Source: Macrostomum lignano
Lineage: Eukaryota
Assembly: GCA_002269645.1 (NCBI GenBank)
Contig: NIVC01003108.1
Location: 1-59,160, forward strand
Length of the DNA stretch: 59,160 nt
Direction: 5' to 3'
Shown here: in pieces, positions 33,271 through 54,137 of the stretch
How positions within the stretch are numbered: position 1 is the first letter of the stretch
Layout: every line of letters starts with the position of its first letter
Made by a program: the position numbers and the translations under genes
Notes under the pieces: model-generated
What the model saw: only the letters and a program-made list of their open reading frames with translations
What the model was told of the DNA's origin: nothing
Databases searched by the model: none

Positions 33271-34824
33271 AGTGTTCCAGACATCAAGATTGTCTTGAGA
33301 TCAAGATTAGCCACATTTTCAAGCACTCTCTTAGACTTAGACTTAGGATATGGGAGATAAAAAGATTATTATTTGCCTGGAAGCCGAAGGTCCATGAGCC
33401 GCGTAGATCTCAACTTTAGGCCTATCGATTGATGGAGCGCTCCGATATTTGTCGAAATGCTGACGAAGGGCTTCGACAGGGCTTCAATCGTATTTATTTC
33501 CCATTTATTTACTGACAATGTCAGTGAGACTGTCTGTTACAAGCGGTATTTGCCTAGTTCTCTACAGCCTCCGTTTCTCAAGGACGATGGCAAACAGCGA
33601 GGCTTTAACAAGTCTGATACAGCTCTATAGAAAAATGAATTGTAACTTTTTTAACATTAAAGTGTGTCCCTGCCTATGCATTCTCACCTGATCTCTTCGG
33701 CTACGTTTGTCGAAAGACTCAAATTTTGTATTTGCTCTTGAACAACATGTATGAGTTCTAAGATTTTTTTCTGAACACGACAAAGAAGAACTTTTCCGTT
33801 GTACCAGCAACTATGACCCTCTCGTTGCCATGACAACTGATGCAAAAGGAGTTTTTTCCTCAGCTGCCTTCAATCGTACAATTTCACTGGATAACTGCTC
33901 TGTCTTCAAAATAATCAGACGCAGAGAGAGGAGTGGTAAATTCAAGCAATTCATTCCGTGGTGGGCTTCGGTACATTCGTACATTTGCGTACATTCTGGG
34001 TACATTTCATCTTGCACTGGTACTTGAATTTGTAGTTAGGCTCGAGCTAGGAATAGGAATCTAGTAAAACAACTGGGAACATTTTGTCCTTAAATTGATT
34101 CATTGGTAGATGTATGTTTGGAAGATTTTCAAACTGTTCAACCAAGTTATTAGGAACAATACAGATAAAGTTAATGGGATTACGGAGGCAGTGGAAATTC
34201 TGTCCTGAATGCCCTTTCATGACAACTACTGTCCACTCAGTTAAACTAAATAAATCAGTTCAGTCAATTTCCGTCCAGGTCCGACATAAAGCTACTTTCA
34301 GATTTGCCTTGATACTCGTCCAAACCATGAGCATTTTCCGGACCGACTCGTGGGGGGAATTTGAAGCATTGTGAGGGCTGGTTGCTAACCGGAAGTGCGT
34401 AATTAAGCCTTTCTAACTCTCATTTTGTCATGTGATTGTGAAAAGATACGGCTTTTAGTTGGAAATCTATTTAACGGCTGCTCAAAGTTCAATTTCAAAC
34501 TCCAAACAAAAAAGTATGGGATTTGTTAAGTAGCTGGGCCATTTAATATAAAGTTTTCGCGAACACGGAAAACAAGATATGGTATTTGAAAGGTTGTATA
34601 GAGGAGTTGGAGACGATTTGAAAGATAAGATTCAAGTCATGGGATTTCGGCTGATGGATTTCAGGGAATGGAATTCTGGCGATGGGAGTGCCACCCCCTT
34701 TCTCTTCCAGAGGAGGAGTTCCACTGGAACAATTAACTAGCATAGACAAATTAAATCGCTTTATTGGCCTTTGATGCGAAAAAATCATCTTTTTCCGTTT
34801 CTACGTACCCAAAAGTCCAGGTAA

Positions 34825-37722
34825 CTATAAAAGCACACACGTGAGACATCGTGCGCATTGTTCCATCAAAGAGTAGATTTCTAACAACATCAAATCTACT
34901 ATATATACTGCTAGCCAGTGCACATGCGGGCACCCTCTTGGAACTAAAGTTCCTACGCAAAATACAATTTCACTTTTGACATTTTCATAGGCCTGGAGCA
35001 AACGCATGCAGTGCGCTATAAGGAGATTTTGCACATATCAGATAGCTAGCTTGAAAAAACCAGACAATGTCCCAGGGATCGGGTAGCATTTGAGCTATTC
35101 CCCATGAACTTTTGACATCTTTGCTATTCCATCAGCAATGGTTAGCAATTGCTGGGCCTGAGTGTGTCGCCGCTCACCGAATCGATGCCAAACAGCCGCC
35201 TGCGACGGGCCACGAACCGGTTGAGGAACAGCAGGCGGATCAGCCAGTTGGAAACCCGGGGCTGCGTCAGCCGGCGGTAGTGGCAGTTCAACACGAACGC
35301 ATTCGCTAGAACATTGACCATCGTCATGCCGACTGCTAGGCTGCAGTAGTAGGCTGGCGGAAAAGGAAATTCGGTGTTCGGTAATGTTTCCTGGCATTGA
35401 GTTTGGGGCACTACCTTTGAGATTATTGCTTAGCTGCCATTAGCTGTTAGTTAGCCATACAGCAGAGGTCAAGGGGAAGTTAGCCACTCAGAAGGTAGAG
35501 AAGCAGAAGGTAGCTGTGCCTGTGAACGAAGTACTTATTCTCTGGCAAAACAGGTCTCAGGTTAATTAAGTGCTCGCGGCGATGGGCTCGAGTGAGGGGA
35601 GTAAATAGTCTGGGGGTGCTCAGCTGGTCAAGTCCCCAAAAAACACCTGCCTTCGGCGCTTAAACATTACTGCCAAAAATGACTCTTGGCTCAGGGTAAA
35701 ATTTTATTCTGATGCAAAATTACATTCGGGTGACAGTGAGCAGAGATGCTAAATGAAAAAGTGCTGAAGCTGCACTCACTGAGTAGAGGCACGGAATTGC
35801 TTTGAGCAGGTATGTAGTTGCTAGTGAGCTGCAGGAACACGCACATGGACAGCACAATGGTGACGCTGAACGAGATTCGCTCGCCGCAGTCTGGCGGCAG
35901 GCAGAAGGCCAGAGTTGAGATGGCGAGCAGGAGGATGCTGGGCAAGATGAGGTTCATCACGTAGAAAGTGGTTCGACGCTGAAATACACAGTAAGCATTT
36001 TTCTGTAGCGTTACCATCAGTGACTTTTAAATTTCAGGAGTTTTCAGGAGATTTTATTGAAATCCGATCGCTTTGCTGCTAGATTTCGTGCTTTTACTGT
36101 CATTGGACTCTTTTTGGCTTTTGACTAATTGAGGTGCATTCGTTACTTCGTTAGCGGGGCTTTTTGAACATTTCTGCCGTATCAAGGCGATATGACGGTT
36201 GACCCACAGCCAGCCAGGACACAAAACCTTGAGAACGCATACGGATAGCAACACAAAATTTGTGTGACCGCTCACGGAACCGAATCCAGACAGGTACTTT
36301 TCGCGAGAGAGTCAAACGCGTTGCAGTTCTGCCCTTTGATTCGTGGCTTAGATAATACTTTTATTCCCTTGCCAATACTCTCAGCCAGTTGGGCACTGAA
36401 CAGATAGTTAGCTTTCTTTTTCATAGTTGAACTCACCTTGATCTTTATAGTAAAGTCGATCTTGTCGTACTCAACATCGACCGTCTGTTTCGCTGTCACA
36501 TTCAGAATGCAGAAGTCGGTATTCTTAGCCAAATCGGTAGTTATAGTATCCCTCTCGCTCTGAATTTCCAACTTGAGCCTGATTGTCTCCGTTGTCTGGA
36601 CTGCCGAGCCCACCTGCTGAGTGCAGGTCTGCGTGTCGTAGGGAAACCCGGCCATGTCCATCTCACACTTGGACAGAGTGAGAACCTCGATTGAGTACTG
36701 CACCATGCCATTGTTTTTCAGAACAAGAACTACTCGCTCACTTGATGTTCGCTTGAAATCTAATCTAGAATGCGAATGAAGCTTTAAATTTCGGACAAGG
36801 ACAACTCGTAAAATGAGTAGTAGCATTTCAAAATGCATTGAAAAAGTTTCATATCCAAAAATTGGAAAATGTTAAATCAAGCGACTTCAGGTGATGATAA
36901 TTTTATAATTTAAAAGTGTTCCAAGTACATCCTTCTGAATGCACTGCCCGTGGGCCTTGGAAATTTGTTTAAAAATGATGAAGTCAGCAGGTTCCTCGTA
37001 AAGTTTCTCTAAAGAATGATGCAGAAGGGTCTCACAGATCGAAGAAGCCGACATCGGACTGCCAGATCAGGTCTGCCGGCACGAATATCGAGCTCACATT
37101 GTCGAAAGTTGAGTTGAATTTTCCCAACCAGGCCAGCCGAGGGTCCGTCCACTCCTGCCGGGGTTTGGGGCGAAGATCTTTGCGCTCGATCAAATCTTCA
37201 TGAGGGAATTGTAGAGCCTACCCAACTAAGTCTATTGGATGAAGACTCACCAAGTTGAACCACATCTGGAGCATAATTTCTTGAGCAGCGGAATCCTGAA
37301 AAGCATGAAAAGAATTTGCGATGAATATGAATGACTTGTGTGTCAATGACCTTTGGGATCCCAAGTAGGACCCCAAACTCCAGCGAAAATCCAGAAAAGA
37401 AGGAGAATATTGGATTTTGATTGCTAAAAAACTAAGAAAATCTTTATTAAAAATCTAAAAATCTGGTTTATGTAAGATCCTTATTCAGGCAAGAGTTTCA
37501 GAAGTTCGATTACGAGCGTACCACTTTAACCAGCCTGTTCAGGTTGAATGACACATCAATGAGGTTGGCATTGTCCAGGTCTGGCTCCGGGCGAACCTCT
37601 CGATTGTAGATGGACTTGAGACCCATTGCTTTTAGAAGAGCCTCATCAGCAGAGATTGCTTGGACAAGACTATTCAGTGCCAGGCAGCAGACGGCGAGGC
37701 CCAGCAGCAGAGTGCAGTTCAT
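34825..37722 (-). CDS. nAChR-like copy D, apparently intact, ~411 aa; exons 37522-37722, 37251-37295, 37036-37154, 36437-36764, 35780-35978, 35178-35353, 34825-34992
   Basis: Phase-compatible junctions; Cys-loop CEMDMAGFPYDTQTC; TM2 GERISFSVTIVLSMCVF; the last exon (HWLAVYIVDLMLLEIYSL) is the least certain. Confidence 0.82.
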
Positions 37723-38261
37723 GACTGAGTTCAGCTCTGTGCTTGCAATCCTGTGACTCAACCTGTGATGAACAGAACTCCAAGCTTTAATAGAAAAATC
37801 CGACAACAGCCTTGGAGCTGCTATAGGCTAGAAAATGTTCTTCTCTCTGTTCTGTTCGGGTGGTCAGGAAATGAGTTAAATGGATTCGCCTCCAATGAAG
37901 TGGCAGAAAGCGCAAGTGCTGCTTTACCAGGTAGAGAACTGCTTGAACAAAGCTTCCCGTAATCCAATCATGCGCTCACCTAGTCAATTTGCGAAGCGGA
38001 TTCGAAGCGACTAAAGGCTACTAACTTTAAGTAGTATAAGTTGTTGAAGAGTAACCAAATTTTGGTTGACAAAACACCAACAAAGAACAGGGCTAGTTTT
38101 GAAGTCCTACCCAAATTTCCGTGTCCTGCATGCATGTACCTAAAGTCCAACCCTATCCCTAATGCTTTGCCAAAAACTAATAAAGAATACCTAGATAATC
38201 TTCGCCAAAGCACCACATCAGCACATCAAAATAACAATAGCATGTACTATCAGACAGACCC

Positions 38262-38450
38262 TCATACAATTGCTTCACAATCATGCACCCTGTTGAACTC
38301 GTCGCTGAATTCCCAAACATGCTCAATGGGGTTCAAGCCTGGACTGACTTGAATGACCTGTTGAAATGTGCGAATTGCGCTGAGCAACGCCCCCAGTTCC
38401 CATATGCCGCACTTGCGTTGGCGACTGGCAGCGGCAGCCGATGTTGCCAA
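38262..38450 (-). mobile_element. Possible Tc1/IS630 transposase relic
   Basis: SPGLNPIEHVWE resembles the SPDLNPIEHxW motif; no other motif or TIR found. Confidence 0.3.
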
Positions 38451-40027
38451 GTGTGTTTGTCTAACGAACAGCTGGAAAAATTCTCTTTCTTGAGCAGGAA
38501 GGCCGAGTTAGAAACGGTTTCTTAGCTTCCTCGCCAGCCTGACTGCAACCGAAGTCCCATGAAATCTCTCGGCTTTACAGAACTGCACTTATTGGTAGTT
38601 CTTCATATTGTGAATTTCTGCGAAGCCAGAAAGCCAGAGAGTTTTCTTGCCGCAACTCTTTTTCGCGGAATGGCGATGCAAGTAACCACTTCAACAGTAG
38701 TATATGCCTATTGCTTAAACCACTTTAAAAGTAATTCCATGAAAACTGTTCCTCGTAGGTACCTTTTTTCTATCAATTTCACATCAAACAACATCGTCGC
38801 AGCTAGTCTAACATCCCGAAGCAATGTGGGACAAAATAGCGAGAGAATACATTATGGAGAAAGAGTCTGGCAGAGAAGGAAAGAAGTCTAATGTAGGAAG
38901 CCGCAATATGCGATGAGGAATAAAGCTTATTTGAAAATTAGTTGGTTGCTAAGGACGAAAAACTTCGTTGCTGAGAGCGTACAGCTGTCCACGACCCTGT
39001 CATTGCCAAAATGAGCATCCTAAAGGAAAACAAGCAAACCATGGCCCCCTTTAAGTAGAGTCTTTGACGGTCTTTCTCTATGGCGTGGTTACACGAGTGA
39101 GTTTAGCCAATGCAAGCTGCTTCTTTAATTTTGACGTTGTCGAACAGGACTTCCTGCCTTTTGGAGGCTGAGCGCATGCAGGTTGCTATGGGAGCACGCC
39201 ATACCGGTAGAACACTGCTTCTAATGTCTCCCTTAGTTGAACTTTCTGCTGGCTGGTTCGTGGCAAAGAAATCGGTTCTGCTTTTTAAGCAAACACGACG
39301 TGCAAACACAGGACATCTTATGAAAGCGTCTCCATTCCACTCAGGTCTCTATGGTAAGATTCTTGAAATTAAAATATCAGATGTTCACCCGCGAACCTCT
39401 TAGACGTTGTTTTACTAACCAAGTGAATTTTGCCACCAAGGCTGAAACTCTCTTTGAAAAAATAAATTTCTATTCATACATTCGTTGGGATAAATCAATG
39501 ATTTCACAAGGAAAACAGCCATACTCTCTCTTCTTTGCTACGAGCTACATCATGAGACTGCAGTGTAAATTTTGCTATGAATTCTGCATGCACGGATCAC
39601 CTGCAGTGCTTTTATTTTGCAGAAACCTTAAACGGAATTATTAATGATGTTGACAGTATGGAGCAGGGAAGGACTTGGCTACTTGTGCGTATGTATGAAG
39701 AAATCATGGACTTCTCTAGCTAGCATCTGGACTGCTGCTCAGGAAATCAAGATGCATTCCACCGATGCTCACTCCCTTTGTCTCGTGTCGTAGCTTTGCC
39801 TCCCGGGAGCACAAGGAAAACGCCCCATCGGGCCACAGTGTTTGCCATTTTCGCACAAGGAAACGAAGGAAGGTTTCAATATATACGCGAATTTGAATTG
39901 GTGCCATTTCGTGGCAAGGATGACTTGATTCCGGGGCTTTGCGCTTGGGGTTTTCAAACAGATATCTATGGTCAAAACTGGGTGCATAAAGCTTATGATA
40001 AGAAAGTCGGTTCCGCCTACTTGATCT

Positions 40028-40586
<559 letters not shown>

Positions 40587-40602
40587 CACTCAGCGGTACA
40601 AC

Positions 40603-42563
40603 TCAGGCGATGAGAATCTCTATCTCCATCAGCGAGTACGCTGGCCCGAATCCGTAGCGCCACACGATGCCTTTCCAGTCCGGAGCGCTCAGAGCAGTCG
40701 GATAGTTGAAGAACTGCCCATTCGGAAAGATATTGGAGCAGCAGCTGAACCACCAGCCGTTGTAGTGGGCTGCGCAGTTGAAGTTTCTGTTGCTGCATTC
40801 GTCATTGTTGGCGTCCCTGGCGGAGAACAGCTGGCCATTAGCGACAGACATCGAGTTTCCAATTGTTGAGTGGCTTTTTGAGTAAGAGCTGGAAAAGCTG
40901 ATCTTGTATTTGCCGGACTCCGGGCCCACCTTGAAGTTGGAGTATTCGGCCCAGAACTCGGTGCTGTTCCACGACTTCATCAGAATTCGAAGCTTTCGCG
41001 ACTGAGTGCTTGAGTTGGTGAGAGAGTGCAGCTGCTCCAGTCCTGTTAACAGGCATAATGTTGGAGTGCGAGTCTTTTAAGTGGAGCGGCTGTGCTCAGC
41101 GTGTCTATCATCATAGACTAACAACTGACATCACCATAGACTAACAACTGACATCACCATAGACTAATAACTGACATCACCATAGACTAATAACTGACAT
41201 CACCATAGACTAACAACTGACATCACCATAGACTAACAACTGACATCACCATAGACCAACAACTGACATCACCATAGACTAACAACTGACATCACCATAG
41301 ACTAACAACTGACATCACCATAGACTAACAACTGACATCACCATAGACTAACAACTGACATCACCATAGACTAACAACGGACATCACCATAGACTAACAA
41401 CTGACATCACCATAGACTAACAACGGACATCACCATAGACTAACAACTGACATCACCATAGACTAACAACTGACATCACCATAGACTAACAACTGACATC
41501 ACCATAGACTAACAACTGACATCACCATAGACTAACAACTGACATCACCATAGACTAACAACTGACATCACCATAGACTAACAACTGACATCACCATAGA
41601 CCAACAACTGACATCACCATAGACTAACAACTGACATCACCATAGACTAACAACTGACATCACCATAGACTAACAACTGACATCACCATAGACTAACAAC
41701 TGACATCACCATAGAATAACAACTGACATCACCATAGACTAACAACTGACATCACCATAGACTAACAACTGACATCACCATAGACTAACAAACTGACATC
41801 ACCATAGAAATTTGGACTATTTCACGAACATCATATATAGAAGACGTATCTCAATTATGACGACGCTATACTTCAAAAGCATCTCAACCATAGACAAGTT
41901 TGAGACACATTAAGAGGGAAAGGCAAACAAGCAGCAGTGCAGCAAGAACAGTTCGCACCGATCCAGAAGTTGCCAGCCGGTCCCTCGCCAAAGCCGGCCT
42001 TGTATTCGGCCCAGCTGCGGTTGAAGTCCACGGAGTCGGACACTCGGTGCTGCACCGTGATCCAGCACTGGTCGGCGAAGGGCTTCGGGGTCTGCGGTGT
42101 TAAAAAAACTGTACAATGAAGTCTTCTGGCTCACTTGATTGTCAAGACAGGAAAGCGATTTCTAAATGAAGATCTGCGCCAAACTTTCTCGAGATTAAAG
42201 TTGAAACAGTCGGTAAAGGCTTCAACTCACCTAGACCTCCGTGACATTGTTCGCGCCCGAGCCGCCCAGTGACAAGCTGCGGCACTTTCGGCAGTTCGGC
42301 AGACCCAGTCGACACCGGAACTCCTTGCAGGTTCTGTCAGTCTCATTGTAGGTGACCAGGTGAGCTGCCTCGGAGGCGTCAAACAGGCAAAGTTTTATCG
42401 AGTATACAGGTGTTCGGTTTGACGTCTCCTCGTAGTCGCTGAGGTTGTCGAAACCCCTCAGCCAGGCGCGCGAGTTTTCGAGGCCGTCAGCTGCAGGCAG
42501 GCGGGCAGACAGGAACAGCAGCAGCAGCAGCAGAGAGTACAGAGCTTCCGAGTGAAGTAGCAT
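40603..42563 (-). CDS. Secreted fibrinogen-related domain (FReD) protein with a Cys-containing PAN-like N-terminal segment; exons ~42231/42237-42563, 41959-42091, 40603-41042
   Basis: Signal peptide; [26 protein letters not shown]...NFWIG|LEQLHSLT...[13 protein letters not shown]...FSARDANND...NCA...GWWFSCC...GIVW. Confidence 0.85.
41112..41807. repeat. 23-bp minisatellite (CATCACCATAGACTAACAACTGA), ~30 copies
   Basis: Direct; lies in a FReD intron. Confidence 0.95.
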
Positions 42564-45500
42564 GACTCAAGAGGTTTGGTAGTCCCTCCTTATGCTCCTT
42601 GGTAGAAAGCAAGCTCGTCTGAGCCAACCTAATGCATATTTCCTATGTGTGCGCAGTGTGATTATAAGCTTCTTTGCCAGTTAGTTTGGTTGCCACAGCA
42701 ACACTCCAAGCTTTGAGTGAAAAGCAATCATTGGAATTTCTCACCTTTTCCGAACAAAGAAATCCACTTAGTGCCGCTTTGAGACGTTGCCGGCTTCTCC
42801 TAAACTCATGCACTGGCCGCTGTTCTCTCCTTCCTGAATCTTCTATTGTAAATAAGGTTCATTTTAGCATATAGATATAGAGATTTATTGGTATTTTAAC
42901 TGCTGCTACACTAGAGATTCTGGGAAAAGCTTTTTGATCTTATTTATGATCTAATTCTTTCTTTGAATGTACTTTTTGTCGTACGCGTTATAAATTATGG
43001 CTGATCCCCCCCCCCATAATTTAACTGGCTGTCGACAAAGAGGCTGCTTATTGAGCCAATAAACTGACCTACATGTACATGTATAATTTAGAAATATGAT
43101 ATGATTCTGACGTGGGGAGCTTAAGGGTAATCAACTTTCCGTATCAACTTTTATAAATATCTATTTTAGACGAACGCCGAAGTTTACTTTTTTAGATTAT
43201 CTTTCAGTCTTTGATTGCTTGATTGCTATAGTATATGGAGGAGTCGCTTTGGAACTGCAGTCTATCTCGCAGCGATGCGCCCCTATCTCGTATTATAAGC
43301 ATGGTTTGACCCTACAGACGAGCAAAATCTGTCAGTCATGTGATTCTCCCATATCATCTGGCGCCAACTAGATTGGCGCCTGAACAAAGGAAGGAATTAA
43401 TAATGGTAATGGGGAACAAAATCGAGGAAGAAGAAAATGACATTACCACTGGCAGTAGGCAGTAAAGTACATTAGAAAGAGCTTGGGAAGGTGCATAAAT
43501 TCCGTCCTCAATAATTAATATACTCAAATATGATTTAAGCAATAATCAACATGGTAAGACGTCCGTGTTCGTCACTTTGCTTTATCAGTAATTGAATTTA
43601 TCATCCTGTATACAAATGTTTTATAGATTATCAATATTTTCAAAAATCAACTGATAAAGAAAAGCAAGCTTGACAGTCGAAAAGAATATAGTTTTGTTTT
43701 GATGAACTTATTATTTACGCACACATTTTTAAACGCAAAAATTCGTCCTGATTTTTAAAATTTAGAGATTATTACCGCCGTTTATAAAAAATGATTGCCA
43801 ACATATTTTTTTGCAAATTTGTATTCACAGACGTCGTTAATACTCACTCAAAACAAAATATTATCGTGCGTTGCGCGACACGAAGCGTATACAAAGAGCA
43901 ACTTTATAAATGATATGGGTTACTAAGTAAACAATTGCAAATCTAAATTTTGACTTCTAACCACCATGACTAAAATCTAGAGCAGAGAATGTATAAAATC
44001 GTTGTTTTGTAATTATACTAATATTAGATACTAAAATCTAGATAAGCTAGATAATTTCGATAGATAATACATAGATGGATTGCTAACTGTCCATCAAGAA
44101 TAGTCTTTTTTAATTTTAATATGTAGTGTAGTGTAGGACTACACCATGCAAACAATAACAAAATATCTAGTAATTATTTGTTGATACTTAATAAAAATTA
44201 ACAGTCAAAGAACTATATGAAATCTAATTTAATGATTAGACTACAATTATGAACTAAAAATAAAAAAGAAATGAGCAACATTTAAATTTTATATATTTTC
44301 TTAACCTTGCTTTTTTAATCATTTGATTGACATTTATTTCTTATGTGACTCAAATCAATTGTAATTTCACAATGAAGCACAAAACTATGCTATAGTTAAG
44401 TTGCTCAAATTTAAAAGAAAGCATACCAAGTTAAATTTTTAATCAATGGCAAAAATGTTTTAGAGTCATTAGCTTCTAGAAGGACTATTTAAGCTACAAA
44501 AAGTCTATAGGAAGCAACTAACAATATTAGAGTTTTTGACAATGTCCTAGTTTCTGTTTTTTTATTATTTTGACACGGAGTTTTTTTAACAAACTTAGAA
44601 AATGAGTATATTAAAGGATCATTAAGCCATTCAAGTCTTTAAAGTTCAATATGCAAAATTTAAGACTTTCCAACATTAAGAAGACAATGTATGAACTATA
44701 TTTTTACAAACTTTTTTAGTTTGTTTGTTTAAAATTTGATGCCAAAATTACTTCATGCAGAAAAATAAGACATTGCTAAGTAGTAAGTTTTTTAAAGTTT
44801 GTAAGAATGCAAGGATAAATAGGCCCCTATGCCTAATCATATTAGATAAGCATCTAACTCTAATGCAAAATGATCTTTGCAGTCTTCTGATAGCCTAAAA
44901 TTATGTTTTGTTAGTAACTATATAAAATTCCCTATAAACACATATGCAAATGTACTTGTGACATCTCTATGTCACATCTGCTTTCTCTATATTATAAAAT
45001 AATACAAACAAGATCAAAGCAATTTAAAAGGTTGAAAATGCTTGTTTCATTTGCATATTGCATTTTAGGCTAGCTTTATAACTTCCCTCTTTTCTATAGT
45101 GTCTATCTGACCTATTAATAATAAAACTCAATCAACACTACAAATTGCCAGCCTAGTCAAAGGTTCATAAAACCCCTTAACTTTTATTGATAATGTACAT
45201 TCTATATTGTGCATTGGCCAAGGAGAGACTTAAATTATTGAACTAAACAAACACAACACAAATGTATACAAAATTCAAATAGAATGCCCATTGAAAGCAT
45301 TAAGAAACATCAATTCTCAAATATTTGACCTACTTCTAATTCAAATTTTTCATCAAAAAAGATATGCATGACCACCAAAGAATTACAAATTTTTAAAAGC
45401 TTAATTTTAAAAAAATTTGGCAAATGTACACATTGTGTTATAAGATTTTTTACAAGCAATCATGCCAGTATTACAAGTGCTTGTATTTATGGTAGTAAAC

Positions 45501-46223
45501 CCAAGACAAAAGATAAGAACTTGCTATGCAACAGAATCACAGAACTGTGACATGAAGCAGGCCTACAGGTCTTGAGGCCTGGAGCCTGTTTGCAGGGTCT
45601 GTTTATACTTATATTGTGCAGTCTTAGATCTTGATTATGTGCTTGCAGTGTGCAGTGCCTTTGCAATCACATTTCTGGAATTATTTGTGCCTGCGAGACT
45701 GTTGCTGATTTCAATCAGTTTACTCTACACTGCGCTGGCAGCAAGCAGCACTTGTTGGTCTGTCCTATCCTCTGTCTGTTTGTCTTAGTGTCTGTCTGTA
45801 TGTCGATACCAATGTCTATCTGTCACGTCTTTTATTCGATAATTTCAGCATACATGCGCAACCGTCCTGATTTACAACAGCCGTGCGACCTACTTCTTAA
45901 CGAAAAATGCAACATATGAAACAAACCTTAACAATTTAATTTTTTAGTAACCGGCAGGAGTAACGAAGACTGTATTTATAAGGCTAAATGCCTCGTCATC
46001 TAGTTAGTTTTTAGTCTATTTTTGATGGGGAATTTCTGCGACTTACCTTGGCTGGGCCCCTCGCCGGGTGTTGCGCATGTATGGTTTCAGCCAGGTCTAT
46101 AACTGCGAGCGTACCTTCATCTAAACATTAAAAAATCAATTTCGCATTTCAGTCCGAGTCCGGATTTTGACATCTCTATTTATCGATCTGTGATACCCAA
46201 AGCTACAAATAAAGCGGACAAAA

Positions 46224-52033
<5,810 letters not shown>

Positions 52034-53215
52034 AGCCGTTGACTGATCGATTTGTTTTTCTAAGAAACAACATTTTTCTGGGAGTTGAAAAAAATAATTT
52101 TACAACCCGTTTTCTCCGAGAGAAAAATATATTAAGGCAGGCATAAGCAAAGGTGACTACTATTGCTTGGCCTGAGTAGTATGGAAAGTATATCGCGAAG
52201 AGAACATTTTAACGATAAAAATTTCCCCTCTAGTTAGCTCTCTATTAATTATTTTCTCAGTTAAACGAATTTTTTATGAAGCCGCCAGTTTTTTTACCAA
52301 TTTACGATTCTGTTTTATTTGCCGTATTCTATATATTGCTTATTCATTAAAAAGATTCGTGTGATTTTTCACAGTAGTATGTTAACAAATGTTTAATCCT
52401 AAATTTCGACGCAAAAATTAATTTTGCAAACAATAACCTTAATTTTAAAAAATTCCATTTTGCCGTGTTTCAGGAACATTTCTGCTTTTTTCTCCTGTCT
52501 AACCAAATCTTAGTCGCTAGCTGCTGTTCTGCTTTTTGCTTTTCTGTCTTTTCTGCCTGATTTGCTAGCCATATGGTTCGATCAATTTTCGTCGCATTAT
52601 TCTCACGAATTACCAAATCAGATTCGCTACAGACTACTACTCAGTTGATAATCTATCTATACTACTAACTCTGGTGATTGTGTTGTTTACTCCCCAAGTG
52701 TCACAGCCATGACTTTTTCAGCGTCAGTAAATGATTAATTATTAATTAATTGGTCACAAAGCTGTTTATTTGATCTTTTCTCGCATCGAATATTTAATTC
52801 ATTTATTTGTTGTCATTTTTGTTGTCCCCCCACTCATCCCAAAGCGCACTTTAAAAAACCTCGACCGCATTCGCTACGGCTGTCCGCCTGTCATAAATTC
52901 CTTAGATAATTTTTATATTAAATAAACTTTTTTACAACAGGCATGGAATGCACAAGGCAGTAATCAACTACTAATATTATTAGCTGGCGAATATTGCCAT
53001 TCATATTTACAGTGGCATTATATGGTTAATGAAAGAAGACGGCTGCTGTTCGAGTTTCTAAATTATTTTGTGAAACCGAATATTTAATTAATATTTTAGG
53101 CTAGTTCGTATGTTTCATTCGAAAGATACAAATTAGAAATGATGCAAGCCAAATAATCAGGGATTTACCTACAATTTAGACTTAATGATGCGTGTACACT
53201 AACACTCGTACACGG

Positions 53216-53840
53216 GACCGCATCATTGTGTTCACGATTGTAGTTGGGATAACTGGACCGCATCATTGTGTTCTCGATTGTAGTTGGATAACTGGACCGC
53301 ATCATTGTGTTCACCGATTGTAGTTGGGATAACTGGACCGCATCATTGTGTTCTCGATTGTAGTTGGGATAACTGGACCGCATCATTGTGTTCTCGATTG
53401 TAGTTGGGATAACTGGACCGCATCATTGTGTTCACCGATTGTAGTTGGGATAACTGGACCGCATCATTGTGTTCTCGATTGTAGTTGGGATAACTGGACC
53501 GCATCATTGTGTTCTCGATTGTAGTTGGGATAACTGGACCGCATCATTGTGTTCACCGATTGTAGTTGGGATAACTGGACCGCATCATTGTGTTCACCGA
53601 TTGTAGTTGGGATAACTGGACCGCATCATTGTGTTCACCGATTGTAGTTGGGATAACTGGACCGCATCATTGTTTCACCGATTGTAGTTGGGATAACTGG
53701 ACCGCATCATTGTGTTCACCGATTGTAGTTGGGATAACTGGACCGCATCATTGTGTTCACCGATTGTAGTTGGGATAAACTGGACCGCATCATTGTGTTT
53801 TCGATTGTAGTTGGGATAACTGGACCGCATCATTGTGTTC
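53216..53840. repeat. 40/41-bp minisatellite, ~15 copies
   Basis: GGACCGCATCATTGTGTTCACCGATTGTAGTTGGGATAACT repeated. Confidence 0.95.
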
Positions 53841-54137
53841 TTATTTACCGTAACAGACGAGTCACACAAGATACACAGTAGTGAAAATTGGAAGCTTTTA
53901 AGGCTGTGTCGGAGTTCCCGTGATATTTGGAGCACAATAATCATCAATAATTAATTATATTTGTAGAAGCCATAAACAATATACGAGCTAGCTAATATAG
54001 CTATTGGCCGCGTATAATTTTAGCCTGATCAGCTGACGCGCATTGATAAAAACTCAATAAGCAGTATTGTTACGAGCGTATGCAACCATTACCGATTATA
54101 TACAATTTAATGGTCAGTCCAATCTGCTCGCGTCCGT

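Noticed and set aside
46041-46075. ACTTACCTTGG resembling the U1 snRNA 5' end
   Set aside because: No further U1 sequence; more likely a minus-strand splice donor or chance, with no supportable gene model
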